A DNA stretch of 63,685 nucleotides, the filler included, from Sphacelaria rigidula (taxonomy: Eukaryota), in the NCBI GenBank assembly GCA_964200075.2. It is 7 parts of 7 records of this genome, joined end to end, with 100 filler letters (N's around TTAATTAATTAA, not from the genome) between each part and the next. Parts side by side here need not be neighbours in the genome. Positions count along the whole stretch, not along the records: positions 1 to 9,014 come from CAXNAA020009515.1; positions 9,115 to 18,126 come from CAXNAA020009516.1; 5 more parts are not named here. One strand, given 5' to 3'. Shown piece by piece: positions 1-10,068 of this stretch (the stretch's first letter is position 1; each line of letters opens with the position of its first letter). The notes below the pieces were generated by a model. That model searched no databases and had not been told where the DNA came from. It saw only the letters and a list, made by a program, of their open reading frames with translations. A program made the position numbers and the translations under genes.

Positions 1-22
1 CCCCCCCCCCCCCGCTCCCCTA

Positions 23-109
23 CTCTATTAGGAGTAGGAACGGTGCCCCGTCTCGAAAGGGATGCGTGGTCATTGATCAAATGACTAAGGCAAGCAACAA
101 ATAAGTACG
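23..109 (+). mobile_element. 5'-truncated LINE 3' end (family A) with target-site duplication, inside GT2 intron
   Basis: Encodes ...SIRSRNGAPSRKGCVV..QMTKASNK*, ends GTACG then poly(C). Flanked by the direct repeat (C)n-GCTCCCCTA at 1-22 and 110-130. Homologous to 28062-28124, 19501-20110 (-) and 36456-36520 (-). Confidence 0.8.
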
Positions 110-162
110 CCCCCCCCCCCCGCTCCCCTATCCACTCACACCAGACACGAAGACACACGCAC

Positions 163-1490
163 CTGTACACATCATTGGTAAACCTGGCGATCATATTCTC
201 CCAGAAGTTGTTGTGGATGCGAATGGATGTGGTCTTGCACTGCATGAACCCCACCTTGGGGTAGCGCTCGAACTCGCCCGAGGTCTTCGACAGACAGTCC
301 TCGGGTACCCTTGTGTCTGAATCGACGAGCAGTATAATATCTCCCATTCGAACGTCCCCGCCTGCGAAGAACTCGTCGTTGAATTCTCCGTTTACAAGTT
401 GGAGAGCCTGTGTTTGACATTATTAATTTTGGGAAGGAAAACAAATGAACGTACGTGCAAGAGAGAGAGAGAGAGAGAGCGTAGTATTACAGCGGGAAAA
501 ACAGAAGATTGAAAAAAAATCCAACAAAAACTTGAACTTGAAGTAAATACTTTTGTTGTTTCAGAAAATGAATTAGTGTAAAAGAAAACAACAAAAACAA
601 GAAAGAACACGGGGACAGGAAAAAAAAAAGACAAAACAACACAAAACAAAAAAAGGGAGGGTATGAACATTCGTGCACGACAGCCACTTCCTTCCGCGAG
701 AAAAATAAACATCAACCATGCACGACGGCGGTACTCCTTTCAAAAAGGAGAAAAAAAAAAAAACGCCTACAAGAGAAAATGATACACAAACTTTCTGGGT
801 TCTATTTTATTTCTTACTTGATCTCGGACGATTTATTTTCGGTAGTAGTAGCAGCCTGTGACGACGGAATCACGTGCCCAGTGCGGACTTCTGCCCAGGT
901 ATTGGAACCGTTTTCAATGTAAGATAATAACAACACCAACAACAACAGTAACTAAGCACAACATGCGCGACGGTTACACTATTTTTCTGAATATATTTCT
1001 GAGTAAGTACAGTATACAAGAATGTGTAGATATAAATCCCATCAGACCACCACCACACCCGCAAGATCCGCGCACCTCTACAGGGTCGGTAACCTGCCCC
1101 CCAGACTCCGCCATAATCTCTTCCACTCGGACGGCAACGTTGAGGCCGTAGTTAAGGTTGGAAGCCTTTTTGAACAGCCCCTTCCTCGGCCGTATCGCCG
1201 GAGGTGGTCGCGCCACGTACGATACGCCGTGTCGCTTGTAGGCAAACACTCGGGCATTGCGTTCTTTCTCGGAAATGACCTGTGAAGTTCAGTGGCACAA
1301 GGGTGGTACGAATCATCGAATCATAGTTGCTTCAATTAACCAAATCTGCGGTTTTTGAGTCCTATACTGATCGAAAGAGAGAAAAAGTTGACCGCAGATC
1401 ACAAACAAATAATACTCCTCGTCCTCCGACTGCTACTACTACTACTAGTACCACCACTGCTGCTGCTGCTGCTACTACTGCACTACCACC

Positions 1491-1556
<66 letters not shown>

Positions 1557-1862
1557 GCTGCTACTGAAAATAATCATGTCACCTGCAGGCCATCGTCGTT
1601 GATGTACAGATTTGCCTCCCCTCCCATCTTCTTGTAGTGTAGCACGGCCGTCATGACCGACTGAATCGAAGGCAAGATAGTCTCGACGAGGTTTTCTTTG
1701 TACACCTGCCGTTTGTTTCGTTCGAAGCATCAAAACACACAGCGCATGCATAACTCCACCAAAACTTCGCAAGATTTATACCGAAACTCCCAACATAACA
1801 AAACCTTCACGGAGCCGAAGATTACATGAACAAAAACGCGCAGATATGAATAGAACATATAC

Positions 1863-1894
<32 letters not shown>

Positions 1895-2308
1895 GTAAGC
1901 CATGCAAGTACAAATATCCATATACTGTATACAGTATAACCATTGAATACCATCGTACTTCTATACAGAACTTAAAAAACACACACACCAAGAAAAATTG
2001 CTGCTCGTGACAAAGAAAAAAAGATTCCCGGCTCATGTAGTAGCAATATTGCGGGGGTTTCTGATGGGGAAAATAAATAAATAATAAAATGACAAAACGT
2101 CATACTGTAACGCAACGTGGCACAGAGAGTTAAATGTTCTGACTCTAGCACTACATGACTGCCAGCTAGCAAATCTGAATTGGGGATCACAACTCACGGG
2201 CATCTGGATGGTAACCCGGGGCATTACCGATGGTCGAGGGCACGGCTTACTGCTGAAATACTTCGAGTTCTCCTGCATATGCGCGATCGGCCCTAGCGCG
2301 TAAATAAA
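163..2308 (-). CDS. Glycosyltransferase family 2 (Glyco_trans_2_3-like, cellulose-synthase-like), partial multi-exon gene; exons 2198-2308, 1583-1705, 1076-1279, 163-407
   Basis: Four GT-AG-bounded exons join in phase 0 without stops: FIYALGPIAHMQENSKYFSSKPCPRPSVMPRVTIQMP|VYKENLVETILPSIQSVMTAVLHYKKMGGEANLYINDDGLQ|VISEKERNARVFAYKRHGVSYVARPPPAIRPRKGLFKKASNLNYGLNVA...DPVE|ALQLVNGEFNDEFFAGGDVRMGDIILLVDSDTRVPEDCL...FMQ...NNFWENMIARFTNDVY. GT2 motifs TIQMPVYKE, NDDG, KASNLN and DxD (DSD) are present. The 5' and 3' ends are not resolved; the gene runs off the contig. Confidence 0.9.
1428..1566. repeat. Compound trinucleotide microsatellite (CTA/CTG/CCA)n in GT2 intron
   Basis: Directly visible runs of CTA, CTG and CCA. 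Confidence 0.95.
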
Positions 2309-2965
2309 CTGTGGAACCGCCGGCAAGCGTCAAGGGGAACAGGGGAGGAACGAGGGGCGAAAATAAATATAGGGTACCTACCCCAGGGACCAAGGACATT
2401 GTACACAGGGGAGAACAAATTTGACATCGCTTCCTTAGTGGATGGAATTGGCTGCAGACAAATAGCCATGAACATGAACAAATTACAAGCGTCATCGCGG
2501 TGCGGTAGCCTCAGGTTTCAAGAAACAACTTCAGCTTTCCTGTTCACACGGACAACAACAAATCTGCATCACAATCAACACGAGGAGGAGGGGGGGAAGG
2601 GGGGGGGTTATCACATGGCAAGGAATAACAAACAAGTTGACAACGGCGGGATAAAAGACAGACAGCTCTTACGCTACCTGGATATTACGTGTTATTAGAG
2701 TACTGATCCGGATCATGAGCTAGCTTATTTGGCCACTATTCCCGTATTGGCTCCCGACAGCGATGGACGCCGAGCACGCCGTGTAGCAGGAAGGTTACGC
2801 TTTGGCTTCTCGGACACTGCTGTCAGGTGTTTTGTGTGTTTTGTACAATGGATCTGAGAGTTTTCTTCGATTAGTTATTTCAGGTAGCAAAATCAGCTGT
2901 ACAACGTGTGGATTATTTGCGTTGTGTGCTGACGTGATGCTCACCCCCCCCCCTCCCCCTCCCCA

Positions 2966-3266
2966 GGTGACACACCCATGAGACAGTGTACAAGCCGTGG
3001 CTGTCTCTGGAAGTGGCGATACCACAAAATAAAGCAACTCATTGTGGGCTGTTATCCAAATGCAGATTGATCAATAAGGCTTCGGGCCGAACAATCTTAG
3101 GATGCAGCTCACCCTTCATGCGACTCGCCGAACACACCACGGCGCTTCGCGCTCGGTGATTGAGAGCGAGTCTGGTCCGGCGAAAACCCGGCGTTCTCCG
3201 TCCCGGCTTCATAGGGAAGCGAGGTCAATGGCTTACGACTATGGCATGCATGATCATGAGTACACT
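2966..3266 (+). mobile_element. LINE 3'-end fragment (family B), ending ATGAGTACACT-poly(C)
   Basis: Colinear with 12965-13240 (-), 19205-19300 (-), 20148-20255 (-) and 27343-27415 (-). C-rich tracts on both sides (2944-2964, 3267-3274). Confidence 0.7.
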
Positions 3267-3594
3267 CCCCCCCCGGCCGGTGAGGGGGCCCCGCCAGAGG
3301 CGCCGCCGGAGGCGCCGCCGGAGGGAAGAAAATTACACAATTCGGCTTCACATCTCTTCAAAATCGCTGTAAATTTGAGCTGCCTAGCGCCAGCAATTCG
3401 AGCACGTCATCAGTGCGCAAAAGCATATTTGCATGGGAAAAAAAATGTCACTGAACTTTGCGACGTCAATAAATAAACGAAGCGGTGAGACAGTAGTCTA
3501 CCATACATAGCGTTCCACGCGTGTACCGCCCAAGCACCAGGAACTGCTAGTGGCACGACAACTTGGTAACATTTTCTAGTGTGGCTTCATCAGC

Positions 3595-3726
3595 TCACAA
3601 CTGATCGACAGGAAGAGCACCGCTGCCTGAAGTTGTAGACTCCTCCATCTCTGACATGTCGTCCTCGCTTTCTTCGTCGCTGCTGCTGCTGCTACTACTC
3701 CTGCTACTCACATCAGAATTCATTGT
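3595..3726 (-). CDS. Possible exon, Ser/acidic-rich (MNSDVSSRSSSSSSSDEESEDDMSEMEE...); possibly the 5' exon of the GT2 gene
   Basis: Coding-like composition, upstream CAG acceptor and a GTGAGC donor-like site. No motif, and linkage to GT2 is unproven. Confidence 0.3.
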   Translation of the reverse strand, partial: TMNSDVSSRSSSSSSSDEESEDDMSEMEESTTSGSGALPVDQL

Positions 3727-3854
3727 CTGCGATATTCGTGTTTACGTCTAGGTATATGCGCTGTGCGGTCATGTCGTCACCTCTGTAACAGGATCTCCAC
3801 GGTCATTTGTAGTACAACAATACTTCGGAAATATTGATATGAGTATGACACATA

Positions 3855-4408
3855 CAGTAGTGGGCGGTCTAACTATTTAGGGGTATGTTTTGGGCATTTC
3901 CTTGCTAACTACTCTTTGATAAAACTCGAAATTGCTAGCGTCGGTGGATTTTGGTACAATGAACAGATCATTCTTGAAACACCGTGCCCAAGTCAGTGCC
4001 AGTTGTTGTTATCGGGCGAAACGAGGAAAAATCTCGTTCATAAGGAGGGTGTTATTTGACCGTGAATCATAGTTTTCCGGTTCAAGTGCAATGATTAGGC
4101 AGAAGTTCTGGAAAAATAAAACTGTATATTTCTTCACAAATATGATCGGGATAGGCTCCATGGACCGAAAATACAGAAGAGTAGGAACCTGGGCTGAAAC
4201 GTGACAGGACCCCCGATGACCGGTCAGCCCGTAAGTCACTCAATATTGAGTACATATGTTTTTTCTTTTTTGGAATGTGAAGCGGATACGAATATCTTCA
4301 GATTCCCGATGTGATAGGCAATGGCAAGCGAAAAGAGTCCGAGAAAATCGCCAATGACGAAACAATCACAAAATGCCATAAAATGAATACTTAGACCGCC
4401 CACTACTG
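3855..4408. mobile_element. Tc1/mariner-type MITE
   Basis: Perfect 18-bp TIR CAGTAGTGGGCGGTCTAA / TTAGACCGCCCACTACTG with TA on both sides (3853-3854, 4409-4410). No ORF. Confidence 0.85.
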
Positions 4409-5386
4409 TATTTACTCAGAACGCTTTGGCGTATGACACATATATCGGGTGAAGTAACTGGTTCAACTGGTTACGAAACCGGTCAGTCAACCAGTTGTAC
4501 CGGTTGACCGTAACTGACCAGTTAAACTGGCAGCCAGTTCACAACTCTACTATTCTTCGTACCAAATTTCGAAGTCGAACTTGCAAAATTGAGGTGAGAC
4601 GGGGCGATTTAGAAACCGGACCGGACGAAATTCGGAAAAATATTTTCCAGGCCATTTATCAGCCAAGGTTTGGTACTTGCGTTTTGCATCTTTGTGTGGG
4701 ACCTCGCTAGGTCATGAAGAACCAAGGAAAGTGGAATCGGTTGATTTTTTGTATATTTTTTTCACTTAGGGTGTTTTAGTAAAAACCACATTTTCACGAG
4801 AACGCCCATGCCTCTCCAAAAAACAACGGAGGCCCATTTTGTTTGCTTCGGCATGCCTTTGCGATTCTCCATAATAATGATCAAATCTCAATTCTAAAAA
4901 TTGAGCTAAAAAAGTGAGATGAGGTCCGAGAGCATTGTCCATTGTTCCTGAAAACTCCCCTGGAAAAACAAAAAGAGACGAAAAGTGCTGATATACACTT
5001 TTTCAATCTACACTAGCGATTCTTCTTCATACGAAATTTTAAAGCACAAAAACTTAGACGCAATATCCAGATTGAGTGCATTTAGTACCCCTGCCCGAAA
5101 TATACTGATTCTATTAGTGCACTTTATGTGCGTCATATCTCGAGATAGATCACAAATTAGGCAAAGTGAGGGTAAAGATCGTTTCCCCATTCTCCAGGGA
5201 ATGTCCACACCAAAAGTCGTCATCATCCGCCGTATATATCGTTCGGGGTTTCATAAAGCCTTTAGTATAGACGCTATCTCCGTCCGGTATTGGAATACTA
5301 GACATAGGGTTTGACGAACGAGAAAAAATGACTCAGACTTTTGAGCACATGGGCACCTTGCTTTCGATCAGACAGTTAACGATTAA

Positions 5387-5666
5387 CCCTTTCGGTACAC
5401 ACGCGGCCACTTGACTACCCCCGAAATTCCTCCAGTTCGGTCAACTTTTCGAGCCTCCAGAGCGATTAAACGCCTCCGGAGGCTTGTTTTTGCCGCTGGA
5501 GGATCACGCATCTCTCCGAAGGCATTTTGCTACCCTCAAATTCCTCCAGAGGGGTGCGCGGCCCACCAGGTTGGTAGTGTTTGGTTTCCTCCGGAGGGAT
5601 TGAAGAGCTCCGGAGACTTGTTTTGCCTCTGGAGGGCCGCGCATCCCTCCGGAGGCATTTTCGGGG
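5387..5666. mobile_element. Non-autonomous element rich in CCTCC(A/G)GAGG palindromic motifs (piggyBac-like left end), interrupted by an LTR element
   Basis: Begins TTAA|CCCTTTCGG. A second, longer copy lies at 54866-55205. Confidence 0.6.
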
Positions 5667-5923
5667 TGTGTCGAAGTTACGCCGTTACGTTGAGCTGATA
5701 GTGATGGTCTGGATAATAACTGGGGACACGGGGATTCTGGAGGATTCTGGATAGTGACCGGCGACACGGGGATGATACCCTGCCGGTCTATGAGGCTGTG
5801 CCTACAAGGGTATTCGGGATGATGAAATGTTGTAAAGGCTGACAACTGAAACTGAGGCCAGTGAGACTCGGGAGTCCCTCAACAGCAGTGATCCAACAGT
5901 GTCTATTTTTGGCTCGCGTCACA
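5667..5923 (+). repeat. Putative 5' LTR of Gypsy element 1
   Basis: TGTGTCG...CGTCACA terminal inverted repeat (1 mismatch). 257 bp, nearly the same length as the element 2 LTRs, and directly upstream of gag-like sequence. No partner LTR in this contig. Confidence 0.6.
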
Positions 5924-8875
5924 ATATCGATATTGGTTCTAGAGCTAGTACCTAGCGGAACCTGCTGGAAGCATCTCGGTGGAAGAGTCTAGTAGCTGGG
6001 GACAACCTGATTCACCACAGACGCGTGGAGGGGATTCAAGCTGAGGTGATCGGCAGAAATGCGGTTGGCCTGTGATTGATTCAGACTGGAGACTTGCTGA
6101 AGCTGCGTGCAGCGGGAGTTTGGAGGCTCCTACGACTGTGTGGTGCGGCGACGAAGCAAGGGTGAAGTGTGCAATTCGCGACGGTCCGCTGATCTGCGAA
6201 AGGTACGCAGGTAGCCGGCTGCTGCTATGGAGACCGACTTGCGTGCTGCGTATAGCATAACGCCCGTGGTTATACAGGAAGAGTTGTGGCCTCCCCAATA
6301 CGGAGATAGGTACTCCGAGAGTGCATCTCGCACTTTCTACAGCAAGTACTTTCAGTGCAGGTAGCGTGTGGAGCACGCTGACGCAAGAGGTACGGTGCGA
6401 CATGAAGTAGTGTTGATGGCTCAGCAAGTGCCGACGCATGTGCAGAGAGTATTTGCTCGTGTGGAACATGATGAGAGAACAATCACCCCACCGCAATTGG
6501 TTGCGGCGATTAAAAAGCATGCTGGGCATGCGACGGGCGCCGAGGTGGAGCTGACCCAATCGTCCGCGGCCGTGGCGAGAGCTGTCGCCATGGGTTCTAA
6601 GGGAAAGACGGTGCAGCATCGTCAGCACAAGGGCAAAGGACGAGGTGATCGGGGTGGTGGCGGCAGCGGATCTTCCGGCGGTGGAAGGTCGCAATCGAGT
6701 TCTCAGCACCAGCAGCACCAGCAGCACCAGCAGGGGTAGCGGCGTCAGCATGGGTCTGGTTCTGGGTCCGGCGCCGCCGTATGTGCTGCTGTTCCGCAGC
6801 GGGCGGTGCAGGTGGGACCGACATCTGCAGTGTCGAATACTGCGCCGGCGCCGGCGCTGGCGCCGGTGGCGACGCCGGCAGCAGCGCCAGGTGCGACGCA
6901 TGCTGATGCGCTGGTCGGAGTTGTGCTAAATTCTTGGTCTGCTGGCTGAGGGTCGTACCCGCCGACGGTGCCGTTTGAACCTGCCTGGGCGTCTTCGTCT
7001 GCGCAGCTTGCGCAGCCGTGGCGTCAAGTGGGATTAGCGGCGTATCGGTCGGCGAATGAAGTGCCAGTGGAGTTTGCGGACAAGTACGTTCTTGCGGAGC
7101 TGTGTCTTCCAAATCAACCTGAGCGTGGAGCCATTGCGGTTCGGGCTGTGTTGGATTCTGGCGCCCACTTCACGAGTCATGTGAGTCTGTCGGTGCAGAT
7201 TGTGGAGATGTTGGAGCGTCTTGTCACGACTATGCCGTTGCGCATCCCCTTTTCGCTCGGGGCGCGGCAGGCCGTCACCGCGTCGGGTCAGCGTGTTTCC
7301 GTCACAGAGCGTACTGTTCCGCTGCAGCTGGCCTTTACGACTTCCTGGGCGCCGGCGCCGTTGCCTCTGATCTCGTTTGCGGTCATGCCGGGGTCGGATG
7401 GTGTCATTCTTCTGGGGTTGCCGACGTTTCAGGATCTTGGAGTCGACCCGTATGCGCGGTTGTGGGATTTCATGAAGACGCGAATGTCTCCGTCTGGTCC
7501 GAGCGAGGAAACGCCCGCTTTTTGGGCAGTCGTCGCGTGAGCTTGTCGGTGGATACTTTTCAGGAGGCTGGGGGGCAGGTGACCGAGGAGCGGGATGAGG
7601 CGGTGGAACGCTTGGTGGAGCGCGGCCTGGAGATGTTCATGGATCCGGCGGAGGAGGAGTCCGCTCGGAAGGTCGCGCTGAAGGAGAGCGTGACGGATGC
7701 TGTGGCGAAAGGCTTCAGCGTCTCAAAAGCGGAGCGTCTGCGCGGCATCTTGCATCGCTGCGTCAACGCGCTTCGTCGTGCGCTGCGGGGTGATCCCCCT
7801 GCGCGCGCGGAGCCCATGCGTGTTTAGCGAAAACCTGGGGCGTCCGCGGTGAAGACGAAGCCGCGGCGGTACGATCCTGTGAAGTCGAGTTAGATAGCAT
7901 CGTGCATGGCTGCTCTTTTGGCGCTCGGGTTGGTGTTCCGGGACTTGCAGGCGGTGTGGTCCAATCCGGCTATGGCGGTTCCAAAGAAGGACTCGTTTCG
8001 TCTGGTAAGCGACTACAAGGCCGTGAATGAGCGCGTTGAGAAGTCGCCGGGTGTGATGCCCAACGAAGAGTCGGACATGCTTGATTTGTTGAGTGCTCGT
8101 CTAGAGAGTGCTGGTGTGTTTGCGGCTGCGTACATGTGTACCTTTTCCGCTGGTGACCTCGTGTGGAGTGGGAAAATGTACTCACACGGACGCGTATCTA
8201 ACTCATGACCCTGTCAGCTTGCAAGACTTGTCTGACATGCCGCGCCCGGAGACGGCCGCAGAACTCATGCAATTCCTTCAGGTCATCAATTGGATGCGTA
8301 CCTCGTTGCCGCTTATGGCAGAAATCGTAGCTCCCTTCCGTTTTTACCTCGAAGACCTCATGGCGGGTGCTGCGAGGCGGACGAAGCGTGTGGCAAAAAA
8401 CCGCGCTATTCCGCCTGCGTCGTGGACGGAGGGCAGGCTGCAGGCGTGGGACGCAGCGAAGGATCTGGTAGCTCATGCCGTGACGCTGTTCCATCCTCGT
8501 CATGATTGTCAGGCATTGATATTTCCGGATGCATCTGATTGCCATTGGGGTAGTTTTGTCACGCAGGTGCCTGAAGTTGAAATGCAACGACGCTTGCCGG
8601 TCGAGGATATGACGCATGAACCGCTGGCTTTTACTCAGAGGTAGTTTTAAGGGTTCGCAGTTGCGCTGGGCCACAATTGACAAGGAAGGTCTTGCTATCG
8701 TGAGCACTTTCGTCGTGGGGAGCATCTTTTGTGGGATGGTGTGCACAGTTTCACGAATCACCCAGATCTCGTGTATATTTTCAACCCGGAAGCATGCATT
8801 ACGTCTGTGTCGAAGGCGTTGGCACAATGTTCGGAGGGTTGGAAAAGTGTTATTGGTCAGTATCGTTACTCGATT
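5667..8875 (+). mobile_element. Defective Ty3/Gypsy LTR retrotransposon 1 (gag, protease, partial RT, RNase H), 3'-truncated
   Basis: Protease AVLDSGAHFT (~7140); RT N-terminus WSNPAMAVPKKDSFRLVSDYKAVN; LMQFLQVINWMR; RNase H IFPDASDCHWGSFVTQ and WATIDKEG. Many stops and frameshifts; RT core (YxDD) absent. Confidence 0.92.
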
Positions 8876-9014
8876 CAAGGGTCTGTCAAAACAATTTTTC
8901 GAGACACGTAGGCCCCAAGATCGAATATTCCAGTTCTTGAGGGGGGGGGAGGGGGGGGGGGGCTCCGGCTGCTCCCCCCTTTTTTATTGCCGATGCATTG
9001 GTGGCGGCGGGTAG

Positions 9015-9114
9015 NNNNNNNNNNNNNNNNNNNNNNNNNNNNNNNNNNNNNNNNNNNNTTAATTAATTAANNNNNNNNNNNNNNNNNNNNNNNNNNNNNN
9101 NNNNNNNNNNNNNN
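9015..9114. other. Artificial contig linker 44N-TTAATTAATTAA-44N (also 18127-18226, 27239-27338, 36351-36450, 45463-45562, 54575-54674)
   Basis: Identical 100-nt spacer with stops in all six frames, exactly every 9112 nt. Confidence 0.97.
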
Positions 9115-9137
9115 TGCAGCCGGTACGATTTTGACAT

Positions 9138-9380
9138 TTATTATTATTTCCGCACATTAGTCCGATCTCTCGAACCCGTGGTCACAGACGTAGGCTCGTC
9201 TTTCCAACACCATCCCTGCTATTCCTTACAAGACATAGAGTCCCCCATCATTTTTTTAAAGACTCTAGCCTAATTACATGAACAAACGCAATCAACTAAA
9301 AAATTACCAAAATGAAAACAAGAAGAGAGACGCCAAGAGAAACATGAGAAGTAGCTTCCCCGAGTTCAACGGGGTGAAGA
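9138..9380 (-). mobile_element. Retroposon 3' end with short (TAA)n tail
   Basis: ATTATTATTTCCGCACATTAGTCCGATCTCTCGAACCCGTGGTCACAGAC is shared with 55995-56047. The extent beyond the shared part is approximate. Confidence 0.55.
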
Positions 9381-10068
9381 AAAAAAAAAAACAGATTTGA
9401 CAATAACAAAAAAAAAGCAACAGATACGTTGCGGCGTTGACCAGTCCTTCCGTACATAACCTCACCGTAACTGATTTCAAGTTTTGGCTTCAACATTCGA
9501 TTGTGGTAAATAGGGGTTAAAAACTAGAGAATTAAAATTATGCCCTGAGGTTTTGGTTATGCTAAGGCGATGCCCCTTTCCCAGCGCCCCCCCCCGTCCG
9601 TCATTAGTCATGTAACTACGGTATGCAAGAGCATGAGTAAGCCTCCCCCTGCCCCTCCCCATCCACCCCCTTTCTGTTTCTTCTCCTATTGTTCCCTCGT
9701 CCCACTTTGCTCTGGATTCGATTGCTTTCCTTTATATTTTCTTTTCCTCACGCTGGTTTTGTTCGGCAAAAGTCGACGTTACTTCACCGTGGGTACGCGC
9801 GAACGGCTTGCGAAGACGGCTGGCTTCGTACCACGTCTGTCAGCGCGCGATAAATCAACCAACCTAAAGTTCGACATAAAAAAAAAAACGTGAATCATGC
9901 AATAACAAACAAACAAACCAGACAAGACATGCAAATATACACAAAAAAGAAGTCAACACTCCGTTCGTGCAGTACATTTCAAGCTACCAACCAACCCTCG
10001 CATATCCGCGGAAATCATGTAGCCGGCCATTCGAACAACGAACACAACAGATGGCACAGATAGCACAC

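Noticed and set aside
3595-3726. Terminal exon of the PHD gene
   Set aside because: Lies on a different concatenated contig.
5945-6901. 318-aa minus-strand ORF
   Set aside because: Antisense to the GC-rich Gypsy gag relic.
9059-9070. TTAATTAATTAA repeated at regular spacing as a biological motif
   Set aside because: Embedded in N runs; it is a six-frame-stop assembly linker.
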